Assembly: GCA_002269645.1 (NCBI GenBank)
Contig: NIVC01000704.1
Coordinates: forward strand, 17,692 to 81,691
Source: Macrostomum lignano
Taxonomy: Eukaryota
Length of the DNA stretch: 64,000 bases
Direction: 5' to 3'
The position numbers and the translations under genes are program-made. Shown piece by piece: positions 36,645 through 51,018 of the stretch (positions are counted from its first letter, which is position 1; each line of letters starts with the position of its first letter). The notes beneath the pieces are model-generated. The model ran no database searches and was not told the origin of the DNA. It was given only the letters and a program-made list of their open reading frames with translations.

Positions 36645-37527
36645 ACATCAGGATTCGGGACAGGATCACACTGTCTCCCCATCTCAACCTCAGGATTCGG
36701 TACAGGATCACTGTCTCTCCATCTCAACCTCAAGATTCGGTACAGGATCACTGTCTCCCCATCTCAATCTCAGGATTCGATACAGGATCACCGTCTCCCC
36801 ATCTCAACCTCAAGATTCTGTACAGGATCACTGTCTCCCCATCTCAACCTCGGGATTCTGTACAGGATCACTGTCTCCCCATCTCAACCTCGGGATTCTG
36901 TACAGGATCACTGTCTCCCCATCTCAAACTCGGGATTCTGTACAGGATCACACGTCTCCCCATCTCAATCTCAGGATTCGATACAGGATCACTGTCTCCC
37001 CATCTCAACCTCAAGATTCTGTACAGGATCACTGTCTCCCCATCTCAACCTCGGGATTCGGTACAGGATCACTGTCTCCCCATCTCAATCTCAGATTCGT
37101 ACAGGATCACTGTCTCCCCATTCAACCTCAAGATTCGGTACAGGATCACTGTCTCCCCATCTCAACCTCAAGATTCGTACAGGATCACCTGTCTCCCCAT
37201 CTCAACCTCAAGATTCGGACAGGATCACTGTCTCCCCATCTCAACCTCAAGATTCGGTACAGGATCACTGTCTCCCCATCTCAACCTCAAGATTCGGTAC
37301 AGGATCACTGTCTCCCCATCTCAACCTCAAGATTCGGTACAGGATCACTGTCTCCCCATCTCAACCTCAAGATTCTGTACAGGATCACTGTCTCCCCATC
37401 TCAACCTCAAGATTCTGTACAGGATCGCTGTCTCCCCATCTCAACCTCAAGATTCGGTACAGGATCACTGTCTCCCCATCTCAATCTCAGGATTCGGTAC
37501 AGCATCACTGTCTCCCCATCTCAATCT
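36645..37527. repeat. 40-bp tandem array (TACAGGATCACTGTCTCCCCATCTCAACCTCAAGATTCGG); inverted copy 42436-43270
   Basis: Read directly. Confidence 0.95.
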
Positions 37528-37536
37528 CTACCAGTG

Positions 37537-38283
37537 NNNNNNNNNNNNNNNNNNNNNNNNNNNNNNNNNNNNNNNNNNNNNNNNNNNNNNNNNNNNNNNN
37601 NNNNNNNNNNNNNNNNNNNNNNNNNNNNNNNNNNNNNNNNNNNNNNNNNNNNNNNNNNNNNNNNNNNNNNNNNNNNNNNNNNNNNNNNNNNNNNNNNNNN
37701 NNNNNNNNNNNNNNNNNNNNNNNNNNNNNNNNNNNNNNNNNNNNNNNNNNNNNNNNNNNNNNNNNNNNNNNNNNNNNNNNNNNNNNNNNNNNNNNNNNNN
37801 NNNNNNNNNNNNNNNNNNNNNNNNNNNNNNNNNNNNNNNNNNNNNNNNNNNNNNNNNNNNNNNNNNNNNNNNNNNNNNNNNNNNNNNNNNNNNNNNNNNN
37901 NNNNNNNNNNNNNNNNNNNNNNNNNNNNNNNNNNNNNNNNNNNNNNNNNNNNNNNNNNNNNNNNNNNNNNNNNNNNNNNNNNNNNNNNNNNNNNNNNNNN
38001 NNNNNNNNNNNNNNNNNNNNNNNNNNNNNNNNNNNNNNNNNNNNNNNNNNNNNNNNNNNNNNNNNNNNNNNNNNNNNNNNNNNNNNNNNNNNNNNNNNNN
38101 NNNNNNNNNNNNNNNNNNNNNNNNNNNNNNNNNNNNNNNNNNNNNNNNNNNNNNNNNNNNNNNNNNNNNNNNNNNNNNNNNNNNNNNNNNNNNNNNNNNN
38201 NNNNNNNNNNNNNNNNNNNNNNNNNNNNNNNNNNNNNNNNNNNNNNNNNNNNNNNNNNNNNNNNNNNNNNNNNNNNNNNNNNN
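37537..38283. other. Assembly gap (747 N)
   Basis: Run of N. Confidence 1.
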
Positions 38284-38437
38284 TCACTGTGTTTTGATTC
38301 TAAAATAAAAGTGACATCACAGCTCACTGTGTTTGATTCTAAAAATAGAAGTGACATCACAGCTCACTGTGTTTTGATTCTAAAAATAGAAGTGACGTCA
38401 TAGTTCACTGTGTTTTGATTCTAAAAATAAAAGTGAC
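38284..38437. repeat. ~41-bp tandem repeat, truncated by the gap
   Basis: CTCACTGTGTTTTGATTCTAAAAATAGAAGTGACATCACAG about 3.5 times. Confidence 0.85.
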
Positions 38438-38469
38438 GTCTTCTGGCACTCGCACTTTCCTACGCGCAG

Positions 38470-40746
38470 ACAAAAGACCTGGACCAGGTGCTGAAGCGGC
38501 AGGACAAAGAGCAGCAGGCAATGCTGAAGACGCACACAAGCGAATGCGAGCGACTCGCCGCTCAGCAGGGCAAGGCTCTGGCATCGTTGGCGAAGAAAAC
38601 CAACAAGGGTGGCGGATCGTGAGTAGCTGAGTTGCCTCCTGGCTCCGCTGTTGTTTCTGTGTTGTCTGCCTATGGAATATGACTAATTGTGTTGTAAACA
38701 TTGCGCTGCCGGGCAGGGTAGAGGAGAGGCAGACAATCAGGTTGCACTGTGTAGCTTCTATCTGTGTTGTATTTCTGTGCTTTCTAGCCCAGAAACCGTA
38801 TCAGCCTGCGGCGGCGACGGCGCGGCGGCAGGGGTGCCGGCTCGCTTATCTCTGCTGCGCCTCCCGGCCTCAGCAGCGGTCGACTGGAGACCAGCCGGAG
38901 CCGCCAGGATTGGCCATAGACAACAGGTCTTGGTTTTGGCTGGCACTGAGCCGCTTGAGCCTCACCAATCCTAGCCAATATTTCTCTCCGAAATTTTTAT
39001 CGATTTCATTTCTTAGATTTTGTCACGGATTGAAATTTGCCAACTATCGTAGTTGGATGCTTCTTAATAACCCGGTTTTGAACGTGTGATTGGCTTGCTA
39101 GGCTGCTCGGGCTCTGCGCTACCTACTCACATTGCTAAGTAGTCACATTAGACTGTTTTATTTATAATTCTGATTTCTGATTTCTCAAGAAATTTAGCCA
39201 TCCTCGGACGGCGGGAACTCGCCTCGTCGGGTTCCAGATTCTTTCCTGCTTTATTTGTCTTTAATTTTGGAGTTTCATTCGCGTTACTCACTACTAATAA
39301 ACTCATTCCTAGCTAAGCTTTGCTTTAAGCTTTTAAATTGACTTTTTAGGTGTAAGCGGATAATTTTCCCGTAGAGCAATGCTGGTCCGCTCTCGAAACA
39401 CTTTTCTCGCAATTTTTACCTTGCAGAGAGAACGGCGCCTCGGATGGACAGACGAAAGAGCTGCGGGACAGCCAGGGTGAAGAGGTGAGCTTGGCTCGTG
39501 TTTGACTGATTGATGGCGCCTCATTTCCGGTTAGATTGATTGATGGCGCCTCATTTCCGTTAGATTGATTGATGGCGCCTCATTTCCGGTTAGATTGATT
39601 GATGGCGCATCATTTCCGGTTAGATTGATTGATGGCGCCTCATTTCCGGTTAGATTGATTGATGGCGCCTCATTTCCGGTTAGATTGATTGATGGCGCTA
39701 TTTCCGTTAGATTGATGATGGCGCCTCATTTCCGGTTAGATTGATTGATGGCGCATCATTTCCGCTTAGATTGATTGATGGCGCCTCATTTCCGGTTAGA
39801 TTGATTGATGGCGCTCATTTCGGTTAGATTGATTGATGGCGCATCATTTCCGGTTAGATTGATTGATGGCGCCTCATCCCGGTTAGATTGATTAAAGGCG
39901 CATTATTTCCGGTTAGACTGAATGAAGGCGCCTCATCTCCGGTTAGATTGATTGAAGGCGCCTTATTTCCGGTTAGACTGAATAAAGGCGCATCATTTCC
40001 GGTTAGATTGATTGAAGGCGCCTCATTTCCGGTTAGATTGAAGGCGCCTCATTTCCGGTTAGATTGAAGGCGCCTCATTTCCGGTTAGATTGAAGGCGCC
40101 TCATTTCCGGTTAGATTGGTTGAAGGCGCGTCATTTCGAGTTAGATTGATTGATGGCGCCTCATTTCCGGTTAGACTGAATGAAGGCGCATCAATTTCGG
40201 TTAGATTGATTGATGTCGCCTCATTTCCGGTTAGATTGATTGATGGCGCCTCATTTTCGGCTATAGTTATTCGACAGCGCCTGGCATGCTGCCAAACGCC
40301 CCCCCCCCACCCACACGCCGCAGATGTCCCGCGTGGTGGCGCAGCACACTGAGCAGTGGACGGCCCTGATTCGCCAGCACTCCAAGGAGGTCTACGAGCT
40401 GCGCCGCGCTCAGCTTGAGGCGCACCGGGAGCTCGCAACCAGGGTGGCCCTGGAGATCCAGGCCAGCCAGGAGAAGGAGATGACGTCGCAGCACGAGCGC
40501 GAGAACAAAGACTTGAAGGCGCAGCAGGCCAAGCACAGCATGGAGTCCAGCAAAGCCGTGCAGAACGACAAGACCATCCGCAACAAGGCGGAGCGCGACC
40601 GTCGGGTTCGCGAGGTCAATGAGAACAACACCAAGCGATTCATCGAAGAGCGGAAGCGGCTGCTCAACAGACAGGGCAACCACAGGGAAAACCTCAAGAA
40701 GGAGCACGACGAGCAGGCGGCCCGGGTTGGCAAGTCGCTAGACGAG
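38470..40746 (+). CDS. PLCB4: Phospholipase C-beta (PLCB4/NorpA-like) distal C-terminal coiled-coil exons: 38470-38618, 39427-39484, 40324-40746 (5' part absent, last exon not located)
   Basis: VVAQHTEQW...[46 protein letters not shown] matches the PLC-beta4 CTD; canonical AG/GT sites with consistent phases (2, then 0). Confidence 0.85.
39507..40258. repeat. 30-bp intronic tandem array (GATGGCGCCTCATTTCCGGTTAGATTGATT)
   Basis: Read directly. Confidence 0.95.
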
Positions 40747-40984
40747 GTTGGTTGCCGTTCAGAGAGGAATGGGTTGGGCGCTTCTTCTGGCGATGGCCTT
40801 CTAGCTCTCAAAGGGTGAACGCTTGTACGCGTGCCCTAAAATTTCTTATCATCAGGCAGTGTCCGCAGTGTAGTGGGGTTTGGCCCCTGTAATCGTAAAT
40901 CGCACTAACATGAGCAGCATATTTTATGGCAACATTCCCCGCGCCGCAAGAGGGCGCGCAAGGAGAGAGAGAGGTGGGTCTGCT

Positions 40985-41090
40985 GATTCCAGCCAATCAG
41001 AGAGGCCGGCAGCTTCAACTGATAACGCGGGGGCGAGAGGGCGGCAGGGTAGAGAGAGATTGCCAGCCAATCAGCGGCCTATATGCTAGG
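40985..41090 (+). promoter_or_regulatory. Possible promoter: two CAGCCAATCAG (CCAAT) boxes and a TATA-like CCTATATG
   Basis: Motifs only; no transcript evidence. Confidence 0.25.
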
Positions 41091-43721
41091 GATGCGAGTT
41101 TAACTACTGATGAGTAGAAAGTATGGAGTGTGGCGCGAAAAGCTTGTATAGCGGGAAAAGCTAGCCGGGGCACAGAGCTTCAACTCGCTACTTTTTCGCT
41201 CTGAAATCACCTGCAGGAAATCAGCCTGCTGGAGTTGACCTACCGGGAGAGCAGTCTGGCCGCCAAACCTGTGGCGGCGGTGTGAACAAGCGCAGCCGGC
41301 TGACTGACACATTCCTGTTCCCACTGCACCGACTCGTATTCACGATATTACTATGCGGAATTGCTTCATCACCCCCGATCAGCTTCACCCTGCCGCAGTG
41401 AAGTCCTCCGCGGGCCTGCCTGCCCTCATCGCCATCTCACTTTTTGACACCGGAATATTTTAAGATTCTTAGAAAATAGGTTAAGAAAAGTACACGGCCT
41501 TTATATTATTACTTGCAGTAGCCACGTAAACCTATTTTTGTGCAGCGTCTTGTTACGAAAAAGACTGAAAAAAGAAATTTTGCTTGTCTGAGTACGATCT
41601 AATGCGCCGAGACCAAGCCTTCGTTTTGCGCCTGCGATACCTGTTCCGTATTCTTACCGGCTTTATTACCTACCGTATTACCTGCTTCGCTACCTGCTGT
41701 TGCGGCAACTTCAAGCGGCTGTGCGATCTTGCGCATCCTCATTCAGCCCGATGGCCTGGGGTGGCAATTCTGTAATGCTGTCAGCACGGCAACCCATTGG
41801 AGTCTCTTCCCGCTTGTACTTTACTCAGCAATACTCTATCCTGACTACTTTTATCACCATCATGCTTTTCTATTTTTGTTCATAAGCTGCCATTCTCCCA
41901 AGCTGCCTGAACCAATTTCTAGTCAGATATATTTTATATTTCCTGTCCCAGTCATGTCTGTATTATTTATTATCAAGAACTCTCATCGTCAGCACAATGT
42001 ACTACTGTGCGCAATCTATATAGTCCTACCATTGCTGTGTACTATTTTTGTATTGTTCTATCTCAATTATTCAAACTATACACGTGTAGCAGCAAGTTCG
42101 CACCAGTTTATTGACACCTGTACACTTTTTGAGGACCTATACAATGCGCACAGGCTGGCCACTTCTGGCTTGTTCAAGCCGAACTCAGACAGTCTCGGAT
42201 TTGATTGAGCAGACAGACCAAACTTTTATGATTTGTTATAATCATGTCTCCGTTTTTTATCAAAATTATACCGCGGCTCGGTCACTTCGACCGTGAGCTA
42301 TTGGACTGAGCAGCAATATACAGACAGATGCAATAATATACATTATACTGCTTCATTACCAGCGCTGATTAACACTGAGGTGTTGTTCCAGTGTCAGCTT
42401 CTTTATCTGGGTGAAGGAAGGGGAGGACTCGCACTGGTAGAGATTGAGATGGGGAGACAGTGATCCTGTCCGAATCTTGAGGTTGAGATGGGGAGACAGT
42501 GATCCTGTACCGAATCTTGAGGTTGAGATGGGGAGACAGCGATCCTGTACAGAATCTTGAGGTTGAGATGGGGAGACAGTGATCCTGTACCGAATCTTGA
42601 GGTTGAGATGGGGAGACAGTGATCCTGTACCGAATCTTGAGGTTGAGATGGGGAGACAGTGATCCTGTACCGAATCTTGAGGTTGAGATGGGGAGACAGT
42701 GATCCTGTACAGAATCTTGAGGTTGAGATGGGGAGACAGTGATCCTGTACCGAATCTTGAGGTTGAGATGGGGAGACAGCGATCCTGTACGAATCTTGAG
42801 GTTGAGATGGGGAGACAGTGATCCTGTACCGAATCTTGAGGTTGAGATGGGGAGACAGTGATCCTGTACCGAATCTTGAGGTTGAATGGGGAGACAGTGA
42901 TCCTGTACGAATCCCGAGGTTGAGATGGGGAGACAGTGATCCTGTACCGAATCTTGAGGTTGAGATGGGGAGACAGTGATCCTGTACGAATCTTGAGGTT
43001 GAATGGGGAGACAGTGATCCTGTACGAATCCTGAGATTGAGATGGGGAGACAGTGATCCTGTACAGAATCTTGAGGTTGAGATGGGGAGACAGTGATCCT
43101 GTACGAATCTTGAGGTTGAGATGGGGAGACAGTGATCCTGTACAGAATCCCGAGGTTGAGATGGGGAGACAGTGATCCTGTACAGAATCTTGAGGTTGAG
43201 ATGGGGAGACAGTGATCCTGTATCGAATCCTGAGGTTGAGATGGGGAGACAGTGTGATCCTGTCCCGAATCCTGATGTCGGGACAGATGAAAACAAAAAT
43301 TGAAAAGTGGGAGGTTATTCAAAGATACTTTTATGTTATGCGTGTCGATTCCAAAAATTCTGAATTGTTAGGGATGACGGGAAGTAGAATTTACCTTTTC
43401 TATGTATCATCGATGCGATCGAGAGCATCATAAAACTTTAATTATAGACATTTGCTCGGACAAGTCTTGGGTTTAAATTTAATACCACTAAGGATGGGGA
43501 CTTGGACTAGCATTTGTTGACACTTCATTTTACAGTATTACAGTTTGTAAATTTAAGCGACGTCAATACATTTCCATGTTGTTCCTGTTATTTAAAAAAT
43601 TAGCAAAACAGGAGCACTAAGACGACATGCATGTTTATAATAGCGGCCAAATTCTATTAAATTTCAAACAATGGCGTAGCCGAATCAAGCAGTCTAAACA
43701 AGTAATCAATTGTTAATTCAG

Positions 43722-45170
43722 TCACAGCAGGTTGCAGCAGCTGCACCGGTGGCTTCTCCTCTTGCTGAGCATGTCGGCGGTGGTCGAGGTGAACCTGTCG
43801 AGGATGTCGTCACCGCAGTCTGCATTAATCTCCGTCCGGAAGATGTGCCTCACCAAAGAGCTAAGCAGGCGCCGCCTGTCCTCTAGCAGCCGCCAGAGCG
43901 TCTCCACGGTGATGACGGAGTCATCTTCGAGCGAATCGAAGGCCTCGTCGGTGTGGCTGATCTTGGCGCCGATCTCCTGGCAGAAGAGCATCTCCAGGCG
44001 GTAGCGGGTGAGGCAGCCCTCGTTGCCCACCTGCAGCGCCTCCATGTACTCGTTCAGGTAATTCTCAACGTTCTCGCTGATGATGCGGGCGGCGAAGTTC
44101 TTTGAGGGGCGGCGGCGGTGAGCGCGAGGTTGATATAGAAATGAAGTGAACAAGCATTTGCGCGAGAGCTGTGCAGTGGTCACTTTATGCCGTTCCCTAA
44201 ATATTAGTGAGGCAATTCTGCCCATTTCGCAGACTATACGAAAATGTCGTACGCAAGCACGCACTCATAAACAGTGCTCACACAGCAGGGGGCCTTTTCA
44301 TATTACCAATTCCAGAATCGGTTCGGAATTCCAAGAAAAACAGCAGGATAACTATTTAACTCTGTTAATATTTGACTGCCTTTAACAACCTCACTTAGCA
44401 CAATTTTTCACTTTCTTCTTGGCGATTGTCATTCAATAATAAAAACTTTATGGCACGTATCTCCCTCTAGTTATGGAGACAAAAAGTTATACTTCACAAA
44501 TTGGTTCTGGTACCAGAACAAGCAATATGAAAAGGCCCAGGGTGTACACTGTACAGCGGCCCTAAGTTTGTAACTGCCAGACGTGTACCTTGGAGCTTGG
44601 CCCTCGTAGGTGTGAATCGTACGACAACCTCCGGCCAATTTTCGTGCACAAGCACCAAAATAAATGAGCCCTTGGGTCCGTTGTGTTTGCGAGACCTTTC
44701 TATCATGGCTTAAAACTTGTTCAAACATCACCAACAGGTCTATGGCTACTACATACAATAAGGTCAGGCGGGGAAACTTCGTTCAAATTTCTTGTAGCGG
44801 GTACTTGTAACCGTATTGCCAACAACTGGCGGCGAGTAAGTGCAAACCCGCAAAGTTTGAGTTCTACTAGTACACACATGCAAATATCTGGAACACTCGA
44901 ATCTGGACCTCCTCAACCCTAAAGTCTTCCAGCTCTCACCCGGAAGCTGGTGACGTCGACTCCCTCGGTGCCCAGAGCGGAATGGATCAGGTCGTACACG
45001 TCATTGCTGATGAACTTGTAGGGATTCTGGCGGCGCATGGCAACAATGATGTCGTCCGAGGTGAGGCCGGAGTCCTTCTTCCTGGCCATGCTCTGGAAGA
45101 CCTTCAGCATCAGGGAGTCCAGGGTAACATTCTGGCTGGTGGTCGCGTGAATGTTCAGACTGCGTCGCAT
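43722..45170 (-). CDS. Right-arm copy of the CaaX-ending hypothetical gene; exons 45170-44940 and 44099-43722
   Basis: Inverted near-identical copy; R>H change near the C-terminus. Confidence 0.6.
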
Positions 45171-45649
45171 GTCTCTCGACGAGTTGACGCCCCAGTTAGC
45201 CGCACAAGCAATCGGGTGGACTGCGCGCAGTTGTGTGCAAGATGCAAGCTTTTCAAGCTCTTTTTCTAACACAGCTTGACAACTTTGCCATAAACTAATG
45301 CACGAATGCAACCGTAAAAACTATTCGAAATAAGTTTTTGAATAAAACAGCCAAGCCGCTAATTTGAGTGATGATAGTGATTAGAAAAGCTGAAAAATTA
45401 CTAAAAAAGTGATTATTAACTATTTATTTAGCAATCAATCGAAATGAATGAAAAGTTCCACTGCATCACAGCTATAGGCGGAGAGACAGAGAGGCACAGA
45501 GGTTCAATAGACGTCAGCTTGACCGAAAATCCAGCATCGTCGGCGACGCGGCGAAAAATGAAAAATGATGAGACAACAGTTTAAACTATCTAAGATGTAC
45601 GACATCGAGAGTGCTTTGGGGCGGTTCGGCCATAGACTCCACACCTGAA

Positions 45650-45955
45650 CTAGCGTTCTGCACCAGTGGCGCCAAGCGTAGGATGGCGCGTGGCGCAGAA
45701 CTGGCGCGCCAGTTGCGCCAGGCGGCGACGCGGCGAGTCGAGTCTTGCCGCCGCTGCTGGGGCGGCGGCCGGCGCCACGGTTGCCGAGATCGACGAGAGT
45801 TCGCCGAGAATGCAGCGGCGCGTCGTGGCGCTGCCGCCATCAGCGGCACGGGCTCGCGTGGCGCTCACTGAGACGGCGCGGCGCGGTGTCGACCAGCCGA
45901 CGGTGTCTACGGCTGGCAGGGGAGCGTTGGCGGCAAGCGGCAGGCAGGCGGACAT
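45650..45955 (-). CDS. Right-arm copy of the 101-aa hypothetical ORF
   Basis: Same translation as 33982-34287. Confidence 0.35.
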   Translation of the reverse strand: MSACLPLAANAPLPAVDTVGWSTPRRAVSVSATRARAADGGSATTRRCILGELSSISATVAPAAAPAAAARLDSPRRRLAQLARQFCATRHPTLGATGAER

Positions 45956-47725
45956 TGGCGGGCGGGAGCTGAGCGCGCGGCTGCCGCTGAAACAGAGTTA
46001 AAGTGCAAGTTAACTGATTGCTTCTATAAAAGTACAACTGTATTTTCTAGCCTTAGATTTATTATAGAGACTCAGTGGCTACCCGACCTGAGTATCTGGG
46101 ACTCAGTGGCTACCCGACCTGAGTATCTGGGACTCAGTGGCTACCCGACCTGAGTATCTGGGACTCAGTGGCGACCCGACCCGAGTATCTGGGACTCAGT
46201 GGCTACCCGACCCGAGTATCTGGGACTCAGTGGCGACCCGACCCGAGTATCTGGGACTCAGTGGCGACCCGACCGAGTATCTGGGACTCAGTGGCGACCC
46301 GACCCGAGTATCTGGGACTCAGTGGCGACCCGACCCGAGTATCTGGGACTCAGTGGCGACCCGACCCGAGTATCTGAGATGGCGGATCTCTGCTGTGAAG
46401 TACATCAAACAATAAAGCGATAAACGAAGGCAGACCCAGCCAGGCATTTCCTCAATCAGGGCCGGGCAGACCGGACTGTTGCCCGCCGCTGCGCGAACAA
46501 ATAAAAATAGACAATATGTTTATTAGTATGGCCTAATTATTCAAGTATTAATTAATTTTCATCACCTCAGGTACGGAATCGGCCGACCAGGCTAAAACTC
46601 GCTCAGTAAGCGAAAAGAACAGCTATGAAAAATGTAACCAGTGCGCAACCCAGAACACACAGAGATTAACAATTTGATGCGCAGTTTAAAAGCGACAACA
46701 AGAAACGCAAACGCTGGGAGGCGAGTTCATTCAGGTCGGGGAGAAACGGTAAAAAATGGAAACAGCGACACGTTTTACTTTTGAAAAGTAAAGCGAGGGA
46801 CTGCAGAAAGGGGGTTCAACTGGGTCGTTGAAATGCATTTTTTGCATGGCAACACGCACACACAACTGGACAAAAGCACAAATTATTCAAATCGGGGGAG
46901 GCCAGCCAGTTCATTTATCTGCCAGCACGGTGAGGGAGCCAATGGCCTGATTCATGAACTATTCTGGAATGATAGCTGAGCCATTCATTAAATCCAAATT
47001 TTCATGATAAACATAACCTGTTTACTCGAGCAGATGATCACCTGGCTTGCAGTAATAATCATCATTGCTGGCTATGGACTTAAACACTAATCGGAGTCAT
47101 AATAATCACCAGAATCGCCCATGATAATCACCAGCATCACCTAAAATAATCACCAGCATCACCCATGATAATCACCAGCATCACCCATGATAATCACCAG
47201 CATCAGCTATGATAATCACCAGCATCATCTATGATAATCACCAGCATCATCTATGATAATCACCAGCATCACCCATGATAATCACCAGCATCATCTATGA
47301 TAATCACCAGCATCACCCATGATAATCACCAGCATCATCTATGATAATCACCAGCATCACCTATGATTATCACCAGCATCACTCATGATAATCACCAGCA
47401 TCACCTATAATAATCACCAGCATCACCTATAATAAGCACCAGCATCACTCATGATAATCACCAGCATCATCTATGATAATCACCAGCATCATCTATGATA
47501 ATCACCAGCATCACCCATGATAATCACCAGCATCATCTATGATAATCACCAGCATCACCCATGATAATCACCAGCATCACCCATGATAATCACCAGCATC
47601 ACCCAAGATAATTTCATACATGATTGGCGATAAGCTCAGCTCGCTGACACAGAAAGCAACACAGCAGACAGGGCGGGGTCAAAGGTCAAATGCCGCATGC
47701 AAAGCAGTCAACAGTTGCCACAATC

Positions 47726-49659
47726 CTAGCCCTCCTTGGCTCTCTTGCTCTCACTCTCCCCAGCGGCCGCGGCGGAAGCTTCAGCGCCGGCGGCGGCCTC
47801 GGCCTCCTGGCCGGCTGATGGCAGCTGGCGCTTGCGGGAGACGCCTTCCGCCGCCTGCTGCTGGTCGGCGCCGTGGAAGCAGACCAGCACGGCCGTCATG
47901 TTGTCGCAGCCGGTCCCGTCCGAGTCCTCGGTGTTGGGGGCCAGGCAGTGGTCGAACAGGGCCTCGCACACCTGCTCGGGGCCAAGCCCGGCGGACAGGC
48001 GCTTCTCGCAGAAGTCCACGGCCTCCTGGGAGGACATCGAGTTCCAGATGCCGTCGCAGGCCAACAGAAGAAACCGGTGACTGTCTGTGATGGTGACCGA
48101 GCGAACGTCGGGCAGCGGGCTGATGATCTGCTTGGCGGCCGTCAGCTCGGAGTTCTGCTTGTAGGCGTGGTCTCCGATGGCTCGGCTCAAGTTCAGGCCG
48201 CCGTTCACGCGGCCCTCCTTAGTCACGTGACCGCCAGCAGTCTCGATGCGCTGCCGCTCTGGCTCATCCTCCGGCTTGTGATCGTCGCTCATGTCGACCG
48301 CGACGCCGGCATCGGACAGGACAGCGCGCGAGTCGCCAGCGTTGGCCACGAACAGCCGGTCGCCAACCATCAGGGCCACCACGGCGGTGGTCCCGGAGTC
48401 CACGCCGGGGTCGTCACCGGTGGGCATGATGACCTCGTACTCTTCTGACTCGTCCGATTCCTCGGATTCGGAGTTCTCCTCTTCATCATCGTCGTCTTCC
48501 TCGCCTTCCTCGCCATCCTCCTCATCTTCATCGCCCTTATCTTTGCTTTCCTCGTCTTCCTCTTCTTCCTCCTCCTCTTCCTCATCCGCGTCGCCGGGCA
48601 CGTAGTCTTTGTCGTCTTCCTCTGCCTCGGCGTCTTCCTCCGCCGCTGCCTTCGCCTCCGCATTCGACGAACTGCCGGCGCCCTCGTCGTTGGTGGCAGC
48701 AGCAGCGGTGGCGGCGGCGGCAGAACCATTGACGCCGTTATCGGCAGAGTCGGCGGTGTGGGCGGCCGCCTCCCGCTCCGTATTCTCGTTGTTCTCGTTT
48801 TCAGCGACAGCGGCTTCAGCTGACTCAACTGGTGATTGAGAAGATTAAATAAAGTTTGTAGGCAATAACTGAAGAATTGCTCAGAGAGGGTGATGGTCAG
48901 AATTGGTCAGAGGATGATGGTCAGAATTGGTCAGAGGGTGATGGTCAGAATTGGTCAGAGGGTGATGGTCAGAATTGGTCAGAGGATGATGGTCAGAATT
49001 GGTCAGAGGGTGATGGTCAGAATTGGTCAGAGGATGATGGTCAGAATTGGTCAGAGGATGATGGTCAGAATTGGTCAGAGAGGGTGATATTTAGAATTGG
49101 TCAGAAATGGTTAGTGAATGATGGTAAGAGATTGGATCCGAAAAATCTCACCTTCCTCTGCCCTACGCTGACGCCTGGCCGCTGCGGCCGCGTTGATGGT
49201 GCGCAGCAGGCGGTCCAGCGGCATGTCAGCCTCCTCGCGCAGGGCGCTGGCCTCCTCGGCCATGGCGTCCTGGTCGGACTCGGAGTCGTCTTCGGCCGAT
49301 TTGGCGAGGCTCTTCAGCACGGCGGCCACCTCGGGCTCGAGCAGCTTGGCATCGAGGCCAAGAAAGGCGTCCTTGAGCGCTTGTTCAAAGTCGCCGCTCT
49401 GGTAGGTGTCAGTCTGCAGCAGGTACTGGGGGAGGTGCTTGGCCAGGTAGAGTGCCACCTCGGCGCCGCCGTGGCCATCAAAGACGGCGAACAGGTGCCG
49501 GTCTGGCTGGCTGGCGTCGAAGCCGGGAGCGCAGGCGTGCGCGTCCTCCTGGCTGGTGCGCCAGCCCTGCATGGTGGAGTGGCCGTAGGCGATGCCGTCG
49601 GGCAGCTGGCCGCTGCCGGACACTTTGTTTAAAACGGGTTTGTCTAGGAAGGCGCCCAT
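47726..49659 (-). CDS. PPM1G: Protein phosphatase 1G (PP2C-gamma), right copy; exons 49659-49152 and 48828-47726
   Basis: Same motifs as the left copy; acceptor CCAG|TT GAG is in frame. Confidence 0.93.
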
Positions 49660-50741
49660 TGGCATGAAAACAGGGGTAGTTAAAGGTAAATTTCACAAAA
49701 AGCAGTTATGATATAATCAGTTTCTCAGTTAGTATTGTTTAAGGCCTTCTTGCATGAAATAAGAACTTTTTTGCAAATTAAATCTGTATGGATTTTTTAG
49801 AAAGCTAATTTGTTTTGCTATGCATATTTTCCAAAGTATATATTTTCTTTGTTTTAAATAGAACCAATTTTTTAGTAAAAATTGATCTATAAACTTTGGG
49901 TTAAATAGGGAATAACTGTTTTCTAATCATTGCAACCTCTTTGACTAAGAAAAAGAATTTATTAGGTAATAAGAAAGTGAGTTCCAAATAAATTGAGAAT
50001 TGCATCTGAACTTTTTAATTTTCTGAGTAAAATAGAAGGAGCATATACTTAATAATAATTCGAATACTGAAATCAGATAGAAACAAAGTAGATCTCAGAG
50101 CATATGTAGATATTGAAGGCCATGACTCTCTAATCCTAAGAATGCCCAAGGCTAGAAGACATACACACAATATGTATACCAGTAATAGTAATATACATTA
50201 AAATTTGCAGTTTGCCTATATAAGTTTCAATGCTGACTTGGCAGTATTTTCAGAGGAGTTACCAAATACATAGATAAGCAACATGTGAGTTTTAGTATTA
50301 GGATTGCCTAGGCCTACATAGAATGCTACTAATATAGAGTAAGAATGCTACTAGTAAGAAATAGGAAATATCTATAACAGACAGAAAAGCCCTAGGACAG
50401 AATCAGTCTATTAAATTCAACAATATAGTTATGCAATCATAATCAAGTCTTTGGATTTATTTTTACATTGTGCTTTCAACTTATATAATCTTTATCAAAC
50501 AGAATAAAAATTTAGTCAATAAGTTTTTTCTAGCACTGTTTCTAGCATTTTTTGAAAATCACAGTCTACTTGACCTTTGTAAAAAAGCATTTTTCTTAAT
50601 TAAGCCTAGTTAAACAGTTATATTTAACCCTAGATAGTATTTATTGTATTGACTACAAAAAAACTAAATCATTATTTATATGGTTGTCATCATAACAAGA
50701 ATTGCCTAATTTTCAATGTTAGATATCTCCATTATTGAATA

Positions 50742-51018
50742 TAAACATGCGCAACTATTGACCAATCTGGCTGATTTGGCTACCATTAATTGTGGTAGAC
50801 CAAGGGTAAGTTGCAAAAATGCCCACAAAAAAAGAATATAGACATAGTACTAATTAAATGATGAGGCATTTAGACTTTATAAGACAATAATAGTTATTCC
50901 TGCCATTTATTCAAAATTGCATTAATTTTGCTTTAGGGTTTCTTTCATAGGTAAATTGCATTTTTGGTCAAAAAGTAAGTTGCATAACCAGTATAAATCA
51001 GGGGGTTGCACATATATG
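50742..51018. mobile_element. Older hAT-type MITE copy (counterpart of 27103-27646, no Helitron insert)
   Basis: TSD ATTGAATA on both sides. Confidence 0.8.

Noticed and set aside
36601-38403. 556-600 aa ORFs
   Set aside because: 40-bp repeat translation running through the N gap.
38788-38926. Extra PLC-beta exon
   Set aside because: Phase-compatible but weak donor, and 39427-39484 already supplies the expected ~20-aa linker; at most an alternative exon.
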